A stretch of DNA of 64,000 bases from Monocercomonoides exilis PA203 (lineage: Eukaryota; Protista; Preaxostyla), in NCBI GenBank assembly GCA_001643675.2, contig LSRY02000004.1, forward strand, positions 1,736,001 through 1,800,000, read 5' to 3'. The notes below the pieces were generated by a model. That model was given only the letters and a program-made list of their open reading frames with translations, did not search any database and had not been told where the DNA came from. How positions within the stretch are numbered: the first letter of the stretch is position 1; each line of letters starts with the position of its first letter. The translations under genes and the position numbers were made by a program. This document shows, one piece after another, positions 1 through 14,253 of the stretch.

Positions 1-2703
1 GTCACAACGAATTAAATGATTTCAATCAATGCCCAAGATGATTTTCCTTCTTTCCCACTATCGGTTATTCTATCATCACATTTTGGTTCAAACTCACTTG
101 CATTCTTCAGAATGAATGTATGTTCCGAAGAAGGCGAATAAATCTTTCCAAACTAAAACTTCATGCACATTTACGTTTCCTCAGATGCATTGAAACAATT
201 GTTTCTAAAATGGCTGCATGAATCTCTGTTTTACCTGCAAACTCTCCTGCTTGTAGCGAACACACCTGGAGATTGTGAACCTAGCCATCGAAGGAATCAA
301 CCTGGATGGATAAGCCACAGGGCAGGAGCAAGGATCCAGCAAGATCAATTGCGAGGGTGTTTCCTCACTGGCGAGACTTTTCTGAAGCCAGCTTCGGAAT
401 GAAGAATAGAGAGGCCTTTCTGAAACAATTCCAGAAAGACTGCATCCCAAGTTCAATACCCAAAGTGATGAGTTCTCTTTTAAGCCATCTCCACCTTTCA
501 GGCTTTGAATGTTCAGTAGCGCATGGTCTGAACAGACGATGTTGTTTCTCATGAATGGATAGCATGCGACATTCGGGCTGTAATTGGTAAACAATTCAAA
601 TTGTGCGGAGATGCTTCTTTCTGGCACAGATAACCCTCCTTTTAATGAATTGGTGATTGTTTTGTTTTTCATTGCTCCTGAACAATTGGAAAGATCGATC
701 ATGGAGCCAAACCACTTGACCAAATCTTTGAATAAATTTGTGTTGGATCTGGGCTGTTGCGGGAAAGTTTTTCCATCGAATGAACATGAAGATAAGATAA
801 CAACATTCAAATCTGCCAACCCTTCGATGATCCCTTTTTCAGGTGGAGAAGCACACTTTTTGTTCGAGCTGTTTTCCAATTCCAGTAACAAAGACGAAGA
901 CGAAGCAGCCAAGCAGCACTGGCCAAGCGAATTTTGGGTTATGTTTTGAAATGAAGACTGCTACAAATGGAATATCGAAGCATTCGATGTCACTCTCACT
1001 GCACACCCATCCCCAAACACGGTGTGTGAAACAGCCAAGAAATTCATCTCAACATCCGAATCTTGGCATTCAACTGAAACCAACGATTCACTTGAAACGC
1101 GAGAATCATCGAATTCCAAATAAATGCCCTGGATGTTTGAATGCCCTCCAGAACCATCTGAGGAAAACACAATCACGCTTGATCCGCTCTGAGTGTCTCT
1201 CATCTGAATGTTCTGGAGCTGGCAGTATTTGCAGTTGCGAAGAATGAGGCCTGATCGCTGAGCGCTGCTATTGGATGCATGCACCTGCTGCATGAACAGC
1301 TTTGCTTGATCGTGGAAATTCAACAACACTCCAGATATAACATCTGTGAAATTCAGAAATGCACACGAGAAATATTGCCCACAACTTGCTGCCAGGCATG
1401 AAGAACTGAGATGGAGGTCAGCAAAAGTGCAGTCAGACATCGTCAATCTTCCACGACTCATTTCAACAATCGAGCAATTCAGTTCAATTTCAGATCCTCC
1501 ACCAGAAGCTTCTTGAGCAAAGATTGTGTCTGCAATCGACGAGTTATTATCAGTTCGCGGTAATAAACTGGAGTGCAGAGAAGAAAAAACTCTTCCAAAC
1601 AAAAAGGAAAGAAATTCGATTTTGACTCTCAACTGGCACGAAATGAGACTGCTCGCCTTGCTATCAATGCTGCCGTTCAGCATAATATTCCCCCTTACGC
1701 CTTCCGCAACCAGCGATTTGACCGTAATATCATGCGTACTTGCTTCACCAGAGACCAGAGAAATCTCATCTACGAGCAAGTTGCTGTAAACAGAAGGAAT
1801 GATGTGGGGCGGCGAAGCATTCAAAGAAATATAAGGCTCGCTCATTTCCCCACACTGGCGCGAATCAGAGGCATTGAAGGCTGAAGAAGATGCAAATATT
1901 GTCTCCCTCTGACATGCAATCACGACGAGCAAGAGATCTTGCTCGTCAGCATGGTTTTGTGCAGTGCATCCCCAAATGGCGAGCTCCTGATTGAATAATG
2001 GCCTGAAGTCGAGCTGGAATAGCTCGTTCCTTATTTGGGATTCCACATTGGAGCATCTCACATATATGTCTCTTCACCTGAAAGCCTTGTTCTCCAAGAG
2101 TGTGATGTTTTTCAACAGGAAAGGCAACGTGCTATCGCTTGCAATTGATGAGCAATCCAGTAATATTACGCCTTCTCTTCCAGTTGCCGAGTAGAAACAC
2201 TCCGAGACAGCAGAAAAACGGCACTCGAAAAAGCTTTCTTCGCTTCAACTCATAATCATTCCTCCACCGCTCTTGCTTTGGCTGCTTCCACTGTTCTTGA
2301 TCGAAGTGTTTTGCACATACACGCTACAAAACTCGCAACCAGCGCAGCTGATGACTGAGTGTTCAGAAGGAATATTTTGGAGAAGCGAGCGAAGGAACAG
2401 CATTTGAGTTATACTGTTGAACTATTGCCTTCGTTTTATCCCTGTGACTCGTCTTGCAATTCAGCCTGCGCAAATAATGCTGCAATGCTTTTGTGCATCG
2501 GTTCAATATTGCTCATCGAAACATTTGTCATGTCAATGCTTCTGCCAAGCGATGCATTGTGTATGCGATCTTTTGTTTTGATGGTTTGATTGAGCACAGT
2601 AGAATTTCGCATGTTCCGAACAGGCAGACAACGATGAAATAAGAAATGCTTGTGTGAGAAGCTTGTTTAAATAGAAAGAGAAAAGCAGTTGAACTTTATT
2701 CAT
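1..2703 (-). pseudogene. Disrupted paralogue of the giant beta-helix-like surface/receptor protein family (continues past the left edge)
   Basis: Fragment ORFs 961-2061 and 205-912. The motif SLKGGDGLKENSSLWVLNLGCSL matches SVKGGDGAKDNSSLWILNDGCDL in the 2748-aa ORF. There is an in-frame TAG at 961-963 plus frameshifts, and a probable ATG at 2703. Confidence 0.7.
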
Positions 2704-2810
2704 TATTCAATGAAATAATGAAGACTCTTTTATTTGTTTTTTTTATCTTTTTCAAAAAAATAATATCAATTTCAAATATTGGCCGGGCGTTTTTTCCAGT
2801 CCTTTAATGT

Positions 2811-2833
2811 GGGTGATTTTTTTTGATATCATA
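2811..2833 (+). repeat. 23-bp TIR-like motif GGGTGATTTTTTTTGATATCATA, inverted partner of 16476-16498
   Basis: Exact reverse complement of 16476-16498; preceded by ATGT. Confidence 0.7.
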
Positions 2834-3579
2834 GAAAAAGATCAAAAAATAAAAAAACAAAAACTATTGTGGTATTTATTGATCAAAGAGTTAAATTGAT
2901 TTTTTGTAAGTTTTTAGCTTTAATTTCTGTAATATAAATTTGTTTAATTTATTCATATAAAAAATCATACCTATTTAATGATTCTGATGAAAAAGAATTT
3001 TTTGATAAAGTTTAATAAAAATTAACAAAAAATAAATCAATATAACTTCAGAAAAAAAAACAGAAGTTTCAAGACAAACTTAACAATCTGATAATTGGAA
3101 AATAAAAACAAAATACATTGGAAAAGTTTGATATTCGCAAAATATATTTTTTTTTGTCTTTCAAAAAATGACAATAGTTTGTCATCTTTAATTTCTTTGG
3201 CTTTAACATCACAAAATCATCATTCCAGTTTAGTGGTTCAGCTTCAACAGTAAAACAAAATATAAAACAGTGGAAAAGGAAATGTTTCCAAGAATAACAA
3301 CTAATTTAAATTCGTTATCTCTTTCTATTCTCCTGATTATTTGGCGTTCAAACTTTCTTCTCCATCCCCTTTGTTCTTCGTCCAAAATTTTCCATAATTG
3401 AATCTTTGACTTTATAATTCAACAAACTCACTCTATCGCTCCTTAATCACCAAAGAAATTCATTCCACTCATTCTGCACTTCCTCTTCTTTCTTCTTTTA
3501 TTTCTTCATAATTGCTAACTCCCCTGCCCTCTCCATCTCCCTCACCAACTGCACCATCACCAACATCAACTCGGAACAG

Positions 3580-4053
3580 TTGAGCCAACAAACTGCCACA
3601 GATGGCGGGTGCATCTCATTCGCCTCATCTGCCCCTGCCAATACGTTTTCAGTGAGCAACGCCATCTTCTCCACCTGCTCTGTGAGCGAGGATACAAGTT
3701 CTGGAGGAAGAGGCGGTGCTCTCATGATCGAGTTTAACCAAGGCTCACAGGTGTCAGAATCCTCCTTTTCCATAACAAATGTGATGTTTTCAGCCAACAA
3801 AGCGAGTGTCGGAAGAGATATGTATTTTGTGTGTGAATCATATATCGCTTCTGTTAGGAAACCATTATTCACCTTCATGCAAAGAATCACTCAGAAAGAC
3901 AACTCGGTTGCTGGACATGACAGAACAGAGGCATTTGGCAATTGGGACGTTGATTTGTTCATATTTCTCAACTGGCATACAGCTGACAATGAATACGTGG
4001 AAAGCATTCTTGATATCAAAGCAATGTATTGCTGGCTATCAAAGATGCCCTGA
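3580..4053 (+). pseudogene. Fragment of the same beta-helix-like surface protein family
   Basis: DGGCI...GGRGGALMI...NVMFSANKASVGRDMYFVC resembles KGRGGGLMI...MRFMMNDAHVGKDVFIRC in the giant ORF; no complete gene. Confidence 0.6.
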
Positions 4054-7000
4054 AAGAGGACACACAATGCGACAGGACTTCTGAAGAAGGTGCAATAAAA
4101 GGTTGCGAAGACGAAGATAAATGAGAAGTTAAAATAAGCAAAAGATGAAGATGAAGACGCCGTTGCAGCTACAGAATAGTTTTTGTGCGTGTAATACGAA
4201 AAGATATTATGAAAGTTGATACATGCTATTTTTTATTGTTTGAAACTCTTTCTTTCTCTTCCAATTTTTTCCTCTTTTTCCTCTTCTCTTTTGGAGAGCT
4301 CCTTATCTTGCTATAGAAGAAATTTGCAGAAAGTGTTGAAGGCGGAAGGAGGCAGGGAAGGAGGTTAGAAGAAGAAGGATTAGAATAAGAGAATGAGGAG
4401 GAAGAGAAGAAAATGATGCAACTTCCAATACCCACCTGATGCTAACAGCAGCATCATCAGAGGACGAGACAATGGAGGGGGACTGGGAAATGAACGACGC
4501 AAAAGAAAAGGAAGACGAGGAAGAAGACGAGGAAGATGAACAACACGATAAGATTACTTCGTATATCTTCAAAGGCGAGTATCTTCTTCTGTCATTCTCT
4601 TTTCCTATTCTGCAGCAACCTCTTCTTTCTCAACTTCTCCTTCTTTATCAAACAGCCAAATCATTAATTAATTTCTCAAAAGTCAACAATAATTTCTGAT
4701 ACGCATCATCTGATGCTGTTGCAAGCGATAGAAGAAAAGTGAGCAAAATACCCATTTCTCCGGCTGTTATATTTTTGTTGAAAAATTCTCGTGCTTGAAA
4801 AAAGGATGTTCATCAGTGATGCAACAGAAAACAACTGCAAGACAAGAAGATCAGAAACTCTGCTTATCATCCAACTTATGCAGCCATTTTTGCTTTTATC
4901 TCCACGAGAAGAAAAAGAAGATCCATTTGAATAAATATTTGTTTCTGTCGATAACACGCACGAACGTGCAAATCACAAATATGAAGAATACAAGTTCAGC
5001 GGCCGTGGTTCAAATTGAGTGAAAAGGAAGGAAGAGACAACTTTGTTGATTGGGGAGTGGGCTTCAGATGTGATAGTGATTGATTATGATGGGCTGAATA
5101 AAGCGATCTGTTCATTGATGTGCCTTCAGCAGGAGGAGGACATCAAAGAAGAAGAACGTTGTGATGAACTTGAAGACGTAGAAGATCTGTTAAAGAATGT
5201 GATGTGTGAGCATTTTGCAGCTTTGGTTGTTGTTGTGATGAAGTCCATGAAAAAGGTGGCAAAAAGTGAGGATGTTAAAAGAATGAGGGCATTTGGAGGG
5301 AGCAGAAGAAAAGAATCGATACTAAATGGGGCTGTTGAGAGGTGGAGGAGAAGGAGTTCTGAAGGGTGATGGAGAAGAAATATATTCAGATGATAATTGG
5401 AGGTGGAGGAGAAAGAAAGGTCTTTTGTGAGAAATATGAAAGGATGTTTGCTTTGGATGAAGGGAGTTTGACTTTTTCGATCATTAAAACAATAAAGCGG
5501 TTTGTGGATGACTGATCTGAGAAGGAAGAAGAAGAAGAATGCGATGGGGATGAAGAGAAGATGTCTAAAGTGGACTCTGAAAAGAGAAAGCCAGCGTGCG
5601 TGGAAAGGAGGCAGTCATCTGCGTCACCGAAATATCTGTTGAAGCAAATGGGGCGGTGGAGATGGCACATAGTTCAGTCTTTTTTATCTGTTCAGTTTCC
5701 AATGGCAGCAGAAACTCTGAGAAGCTATCCTGGAAGAGATCCGCAGCCCATGCTTCGCGATCGAAACTGATTAAAAAAAGTGATTAAATGAGGGATGATT
5801 CGTATGTTTGAATAATAATTGATTGAATTAATTGAAATAAAAATATGAACAAGATTAATTTGAAAAACAAGAAATGGAATAAAAGCAAAATATTTAATAA
5901 TTGAAAAATATTACAAACCTTATTAAATGAAAAAATGCTCTTTCATCGCTTCTGGCACAGAACTTTTTGGGTGTTGATTGTGTGAGTCCAAACAGACTGG
6001 AAAGATAAAGCGCCTCAGTGATTTGTCTACCAAAGTTGTTCAGTGAGCGATTCGCTGCAGATTGTCAATTAGCACATTCACAAAATGACAATTGAAATCA
6101 ACTAACAAATCCCTGCCAAGAATGTATGTACACAAGAAAATGAGAAAAATTAAAGCAAATAGTTCAAAATTTTTAAAAGAATATGAAAAAAAAAATTAAA
6201 ATATACAATTTATTATAAATTGATAATATTTCTTTGTTAAATAAAAAGAAAATAAACACAAACATTTATACCAATCTTCTCCACAACCAACATTGATCCG
6301 TCTGAAATTCTGTTTTTTTCTCTCGTCGAGCTCAGAATATCCGCAGCCTTTGGCTCTCATCGCTTTTCTAAAATCTTTTTTCTTTGAAAATCTAGTCAAT
6401 CTTGTAAGTAAATAGCTGATTTCCCCCAAAGATAGACGTTTTCATTTTCAAGTCTCATAAAGCTTGCTGCACTGGGCGCGTCCAACTTCGCCTCTTCGAC
6501 TGTTTCCTTGTCCTGTAACGTGAACTGAGTCTGCTTTTCATTCGCAATCCCCTTTGGCTATATGATAAACTTCTACGCCTGTGTTTCTACCCCGCTCGAA
6601 TCAGACAGCAACAAATCCAACTCAGACCGGTAGATTCCACTGAAGCTTCCATTTCCCCTCTTCTCTGCTGCTTCCACCACATTCTTCTCTATCTGTTCTG
6701 TGTTATCGCAAAATTCCAACCCCACGAAGCTTCCATACTCTCTTCCATTGTGCCTGTCCATGCAGTGCAGAAAGCGGCACTCTCAAGAGATCTTTGCAAT
6801 GGTGCCCGTAAACAAGATGAGCGGGTCATTCGCCTCAAATTTCTCATCCGTTGCCTACGACCAGCTATTCCAAATCGAGTTTTCATTTTGTTCATAGAAC
6901 AGATTCGTTTTCTCATCCCGCACCGCATACAAAATAAACATCGAGCATTCGATGTTAACCTGAGGAATCTCTGCAGCCCACTCCTACTACTGCTTCCTCC

Positions 7001-8595
7001 GAAATAAATCTATCGCGAACTGAGGGTCAGACGAAGGCCTCGGTGATTTAGCGCACAGAAAGCTGTCGCGAAAAGCACACAAAGTATTCTGTACATGTTG
7101 CGAGTATTGGATGACGTTAAGCTCCTCCATTTCTGCGTCTGCTCCGTCACTCCCATCAAACCTCCTTTGCTCCACAAGCACTGTCAGCGCACCTTCCTCT
7201 CCTTCTCTTCCCGGATTATCGAACCTTTGCCCCTCTTTCTTCTTCTTCTTCAGCAGCAATTATAATTGGCAGATATTGTCAATTTCGTATTTTTTGTTCT
7301 CTAAAATTGAACCAACTTCAGCTGAATATGTTTTGTGACTGGACCAGGAGGAAGATCCGTATGTTTCATCTGCATTTGCTGCTTTTTTTTGCAACTTCCA
7401 TCGCTAATAAGCTTGGTCCCATTTTGCTTGTGCTGTCCAATGAAGATAACAATCCACCAGAAATCAAAGCATTTTATATTCTTTCACCTCCTTCGTCTCT
7501 CTCTCTTCTGCTCGAAAGAAAGCCATCATCCATTTTTCCTAAATCTCCCGCTTCGCCTCCACAGTCAGCTCATTCTCTGGGAATCTTTTCATTCATCTTC
7601 CGCTTGTCTTACTCCTTTGTTGATATCTTCTCAAACATTCGAGTTAGTTCGTTGTGGAAATTCTCCAGAGCTGCAACATGCTTCGCATTCTCTTCTTCTT
7701 CTTTTCTTCTTCTTCTTCTTCCTTCCTTTCTGTTATTCCCTTTTCCATCATTTTCTTTTCGTGAAGGCATTAAAGGAAGGTTTGTTTTCATCAAAAAACC
7801 AGAAATTGGTAGAAGAAGAAAAGAAGAAGAAGAAGAAGAAGAAGAGGAGGAAGAAAAAGTGAAAGAAGAATTTTTATCATTTTCTTTAAGAAGTTTGTTG
7901 GTAATTTTGATTATATCGAAAAGAAGAAGAAAGAGAAGGAGAAGATAAAGATTGCGGAAAACAGCAGACGAACGGAATGATGTGAAAAGGTTGCTTAATC
8001 GTTGTGCTGAGAGAGCAAGCATATAAGGTGATTGTTTATGAAGATGAGAGACGAAGAATAGGAAGGCAAAGAGGAAGAGGAAGACGATGAAACAAATTAA
8101 CAAAATGAACACATTCTGAATTTTGTGGAGAAAAAGAAGACTGAAAGGAAGAGAAGACGACTACGATAAAGACGAAGGAAACGAATATGAAGAAGAGGAA
8201 GAAGAAGAATTGGACGAGCAAAAAATGGATTTAAGGACATTTTTAGCAGGAGTTGAATGCATTGTTGTGGTGCAATCGGAATAAGTCATATTTGAAAATC
8301 TCAGCAAATAGGAAAAAGTGAAATCCCCGTGATGCAAAAGAAGAATATTAAATCGCATCAGTGTTGTGGATGAATGAAATGCTGAAGCTTCAAACTGGTG
8401 CATGATTGAAATAGTTAAATTTCAAATGACGAAGAAGAATAAGAGCATGAAGACGCAAATTCAATTTGATATTTGACGTCTGTTATAAGCATCAAATGAT
8501 CTATATATTGAAATGCAAACAAAATTGTTGTTCTGTCACTATACACAATGAATCTCCATAAAAAAATTCGATGAAGAAGATGCAGATTCAGATGC

Positions 8596-9475
8596 ATTTC
8601 TGAAAGATGAATTATTATTCTTTCATTTTCACTGATATTCCATCGCGGGCTGACAAATTATTTATGTAAAAAATCGTATTGGTTGCTATTATTGTAGCTT
8701 TTTTAATAGAAATAAAATGAGAATATGGTTCAAATACATTAATTGCTTTGCGCTTTGCTCACAAAAATATCCACATGAAAATTAATGCATATTTATTTTT
8801 GACACAATAAAATACAAAAAACTATAAATACGTTCCATTTTCCTGAAAATATGTGAAATTTTAAATCTGGATCAAAAAAGTGGTCACTAATTTTTCTTCG
8901 GATTTTGCAACAAACAGACATTAAAAGATGTGGGGAAGCTGTCTGCGTGGAAATCTGAGAAAAAATTAGTGACCACTTTTGTGATCGCCTGTCATTTAGA
9001 AAAACACTTTTATTAAGGTTCTCATCAGATTTGATCCGTTGAACGATCGGAACAATAATTAAACCGAAAATTGAAATGACAGGCGATCACAAAAGTGGTC
9101 ACTAATTTTTTCTCAGATTTCCACGCAGACAGCTTCCCCACATCTTTTAATGTCTGTTTGTTGCAAAATCCGAAGAAAAATTAGTGACCACTTTTTTGAT
9201 CCAGATTTAAAATTTCACATATTTTCAGGAAAATGGAACGTATTTATAGTTTTTTGTATTTTATTGTGTCAAAAATAAATATGCATTAATTTTCATGTGG
9301 ATATTTTTGTGAGCAAAGCGCAAAGCAATTAATGTATTTGAACCATATTCTCATTTTATTTCTATTAAAAAAGCTACAATAATAGCAACCAATACGATTT
9401 TTTACATAAATAATTTGTCAGCCCGCGATGGAATATCAGTGAAAATGAAAGAATAATAATTCATCTTTCAGAAAT
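8596..9475. repeat. Long hairpin/foldback: 402-bp inverted arms (8596-8997, 9074-9475) with a 76-bp spacer
   Basis: Arms read as reverse complements (coordinate sum 18071 at both ends). Each arm contains a nested ~36-bp imperfect inverted repeat with core AAAAGTGGTCACTAATTTTT. Confidence 0.95.
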
Positions 9476-10139
9476 ATGTCTGTAAGTGATTCTATTTAAA
9501 TGAGTATTTCTTTGACTTTATTTTTTATTTCATCATGGTTAATTGGTTTTTTCTCCATTATTATTAATTCAATCTATCTTTTTTTTTTGATTCTCTCTTT
9601 TCACATATTATTTCTTTGAATATACTCTGAACTTATCTTCATTGATTTTTAAAATTTATTTATAAATTTATTCATCTGACTTTTGGATTTTATTTTTCAG
9701 GTTTTTCGTTTAATGATAGCTATTTACCGTGACACAACGTGCATTGAAGATGGAGAAAAAAGATGAAAGCAAATTAACTAAATAATGAAGAAATAAATTT
9801 CTTTTTTAATTAAAAAAGCTTTTTGGAGAATAAACAGTTTACTTGAAATGAAGTTTAATTTTTGTTGGAAGAAGATGAAGAAAGAGAACATGACGATAGA
9901 GTTCAGAAGAATCAGAAGGAAATATATTTTCTGAATGAAATCATAGCAAAGAGAAAAGAAACAGAAGCAAAACCATTTGAAAATTGATTCGCACCAGCTA
10001 ATTAGCATATTCAAAAGGTGAATAAATAAAAAATCAACTTCTTCGTTGGAAGCACTACTGTAAATGGCAGAGGAAATGATGTGTGTTTTCAATGGCAGCA
10101 TTATCACTCAATCTCCATTTGAGAATTGTGACTCAACAA

Positions 10140-10460
10140 CCCTGTCAAAAAGAGTCTAAAATTGCGAAACAGCTGACAATGATGAATTCAATGGCTGGCT
10201 CCCTCTCATTGCCCAGAACAAAATTGTTGCCAGCAATGGAACCAATACAGATGTCTGTGGCAGACCCCAACAGACTCCATGTGCCACCATCGAGTATGCC
10301 CTCACTGGCTTCATTTCCCTCCTCAAAGAAGCATCCCTCACCCTCTTCACCTCAACATTTGTTCATCTTCATGCACTCACCTTCAGTGCGATTGATACCA
10401 AAATCACAGGAAACGGAACAGATACCACCACCGTCGCCTCCAGTGGTATTTCTCAACCAT
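10140..10460 (+). pseudogene. Fragment of the Cys module of the giant surface-protein family, in a frame not listed in the ORF track
   Basis: Reads AQNKIVASNGTNTDVCGRPQQTPCATIEYAL...TKITGNGTDTT; compare YVAADGGIEDKLCGINETNACRTV and FVNGRGSDSRQCGAQSNPCVSI. Also similar in DNA to 29280-29560. Confidence 0.65.
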
Positions 10461-10843
10461 CTTCTTCTTTTTCTTTTTCATCATCATCTCCTCCTTCTTC
10501 TGCTGCTGCTAATGCTTTTTCTCAAAAATCTTTTTCCTTTCCCCTCTCGTCTTCCCATTCTCGCCTATTCCCTTTTCGGTAGCATGTTTTCAACATCAGA
10601 GGAATGTGCGAACATTGCTTCATTTTTTTTGCTTGAATGAAGTTCAGTCGCACGACTTCAATGCTTTCATCATCATCTCAAACTTCTCCCCATTTATCGA
10701 AAGATTGTTCCATTTCACATTCCTCCTCTTCATCGTTTTCTTCCTCATATTAATCATAAGCCGCTTATCCAAATAACACATCCACTAAATTATATTCCTT
10801 ATCTCCATCTTCGTTATCATGATTTTCGTCTTTTTTTCCTCCT

Positions 10844-10906
10844 CTTCTTCTGCTTCTTCTGCTTCTTCTGCTTCTTCTGCTTCTTCTGCTTCTTCTGCTT
10901 CTTCTG
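10844..10906. repeat. 9-bp tandem repeat (CTTCTTCTG) x ~7
   Basis: Directly visible. Confidence 0.9.
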
Positions 10907-11635
10907 TTTCCACTTCGTTGAATGTTGGATTTCCAGCAACCTCTATCCCGATTTCAAGTACTCAGACGAAGAATTATTCATCCTCTTCTTCGTCTGTTTC
11001 ACTGCTGAGTGTTCCAACTACCGCACTCGGCAGATCACTCAAAAAAGGCAACAGGTTAAAAGCGCTTGCTGCCTTCAAGCGGACAGTCTGCATGAAAACA
11101 CACACAGGCTCAAGGATTGCTTTACCAGAGTTCAAATCAGAAGTGCTGGGACTGACAAACAAGATGGGAGGAAGTGGAAATAACATAAATAATAATAATA
11201 ATTATAGCAGCAAGAAGAAGAAGCTATTACGTGTGGGGATGTAGCAAGTGCCGCTGAATATTCCACACTGAAGGCCGCCGAAGATGAAGAGGAAGCGAAT
11301 GATGACTGCGATGGGGTTGAGTCAGCAGAGGAAAAAAAGCAAAGGATGCACAAATGCAAATGCTACAGCGCAGAATACGAGGCGTTTTGAATCAATTGTT
11401 GTAACATTGGCGAGTAAGAGGATAGTTTTGAAACAAAAAGAAAGTGAAAAAAGATGAGAAGGGGAAAAGGAGATAGGAGAAAGAAAAGGAAAGAATTATT
11501 TCTGTGTTTGATGAGCTTCCATTAGATGAATTGGAGTATGGAAAGCAAAGAGGAGCATAGCGGAGATAGAAAGCGAGCGTGAAAGGGAAATGAAAAGCGA
11601 AAGGAAAAGTAATTAGATCAAAGGCAAGCCCGACG

Positions 11636-14253
11636 TTGAATTTATATGATGCGCTGAGTGAGCTGCTTTCGAAAGAGCTGGAGCTGCTACGTGTGGCAGA
11701 TGGCTGCATCGCCTTTGACTCTTTTAAGTCTGACATGAGTGAGAAAAGTGGAAGAAGCAGAAGTGACACCGATAAGAATGAATATGGCGAGGAAGTGGAT
11801 GAGGAGGAGGAAGAAGAAGAAGAAGACGTGGAGTTAGACAGGATTCTCAGTGCAAAGATATTTTTGACAAGCACACAAGCCAGCTGGCAGACACCGGAAA
11901 AGAGCAGATCTGTTTTTGAATATGACACCTCGAACACAAGCAACTCAGCAAAAATGAGAGAAAACAGCTCAGTCGAAGCAACATTTATAGCAGCTGAGAT
12001 GAAAGAGAGGCAGAAGAAGGAGGCACTTACGAAGTTGAAGAAGAACATACTGAAGCTGACACATGGAAGTACTATTCCTCTAACCAAGCCAGTCTTCCTT
12101 CTGCTGCCTTCAAATCTTGTTCAGGAAGAGGAAATCAAGGCAAAGACGCTCAAAAGAAAGATCTGGCCGAGAGGGAAAGTGAAGAACATGTACTATTTGT
12201 TCGAGATGAAGAGAGGAAAGAGTGAGTGAACGGAGAAGGTGCAGCAGACACTGAAGAAGCAGAAGAAGACAGTGAAGATGATGACAACTACGATAGCGAT
12301 GATAGTGACGTTAGTGATGATGAAGACAGTTTGTATTTAACACGATCTGTTGACACATCAAATGCCGAAGAAACAGACAAGGCAGCAGAAAGAGAAGAAT
12401 ACTTATACACACTCCTTGCCCTGCGCTTCACTCCCAAGCAGCGAAAGACGCTTTCATCGATATCCCAAAAGAGCAATCAGAAGAAGTAGCGTTTTGTTTT
12501 CTCACCCACCTCAACCATCTCCAGTGGAGAGCTTAGTCCGACCCCTCTGCAGATTTCTTTTCCTTCAGCCAAGTCCACGAAGAAAAATGGAGAGAAAGAA
12601 GAAGACGAGAACACAATTGGATCAGATGGAGGCAGAGAAGCGCCGCAGAGCCCGCGCAGAAGACACAGCAATCACAGTTTGGCGGCTGTTTCTGTGTCAC
12701 GAAGACATCTTGTCTTGTCTGCCATTAGAGCAGCACTCGGCAGAAAATTGCAGGCACATCTCAGAGCAGCTGCGGAAAACAGGTTTGCGACGACTTCTTC
12801 ATGAGAGAGTTTGTCTAGCCAGACAGGCATGCCAATGCAAATGGAGAAGATGGAGGAGGATGAGCGGATGACTTTGGAAATCCTTCTGTGTTTTGGAGGA
12901 AGTGCAGACAGAATACAGGGCTGAAGAAGCTGTTTGTGCAGTCGATGCAGCAGATGGGGCAGAATGAAGGCGCTGCTTTGTTTCATTTTCTTTGAGAGGC
13001 TCTGTTTCATCTTTTCAACTAACTTGGATCGCCGCAGCTTCTGAAGCCCACTACGATTCCATCATCTCATGCAGGGGCAACAGGGGGAATATTGGCGAAT
13101 GATGCGAACTTGTTTCTGAATCTGCTGTGTGGAACGAGGCTGTTCAGCTTGGGAGGAGAAGATGCTGTGAGAGATGCACAACTGGTGGAGAACATGAGAA
13201 AGGAGATGAATGTGTGGAGAGGAGAAGGAAGGGCAGCTGTGGAAGGAGGGGACGAGGCAAGAGGCACAGCTGAGCTGTTCTGCGAAGAGAGGGGAATTTA
13301 CAGTACTGTTCCTGATGTGCAGAACAAGATCAATAGAAAGAATGATGAAAATAACTTCTCTTTGTTTGCAATGGAAAGAGAGTCATATATAATCAATGCG
13401 AATATTCTGCTTGACCTGCTTTTGTTTGCTTCGTCTGTCTTTTTCGAAGACCAACAACTTCTGCTGTCTGCTACCGAAAATGAATTTTTTGTTTCTCCGC
13501 CGAGAATAGCATGCGCTCCATTCATCGGAGAAACTCAATTCGAACTGACAGATTCAACACACACAAGGTTGCTCCGCTGGACGTTGAATAGCCACATAAA
13601 GAAGAGCAATATCCGATTTTGCCTTCTTCTCTCAAGTTTTCGTGGGCGCCTCTTGTCTACATGCTCCCTTTCCAGCTTTCTCATCCACTCACTCCAATCG
13701 TAATCACTTTGCCTTCAAAGCTGCTTTCAGCATCTTTCACTTCATCTTCGTGTTCTCAATACCTTCTCTGTTCACATTTTGTGTCGCTTCTATTTCCATT
13801 TCTCAGTCCATGTCATCCTCCAGCACAACACCTACCATCATCTCATTCTCCACGCAGTCACTCATCCCTTCTGCCGCCTCGTCCAATCGACTGCTGCTTC
13901 GTCTGCTGGCAACGCGCGCTGCACTCACTGCTGTTGTCACCACTGCTTACCGGCTGATGGTGAAGGATGTCTTGTTCCACGAAATATCAACCATATTCGA
14001 GACACACCATGAACAAAAATCTTCTTCTCCTTCGATGTTCATTTCTGCCTCTCTCATCCAGCTTTTGAAGGTTGTTGGAGCTGCATTATCACAACAATCC
14101 ACACCTTCTGCTTTATCTTCTGCTGTTCAGCAAACATCTGACTCTCAGTCAACTTCATTGGCATCGAATATAACAACAGATGCACTGGACCTGAGTGGAT
14201 CTTTAAACGCTGCTGCTGATGGAGCTAATGCAACTTCCGTTGGCATGCGATAA
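11636..14253 (+). pseudogene. Decayed large low-complexity (acidic/Ser-rich) gene of unknown function
   Basis: Chain of abutting coding-like + strand ORFs in shifting frames (11636-12229, 12226-12489, 13092-13703, 13642-14253); boundaries uncertain. Confidence 0.4.

Noticed and set aside
4100-8590. Short ORFs as genes
   Set aside because: Low-complexity, stop-riddled remnants with no assignable product
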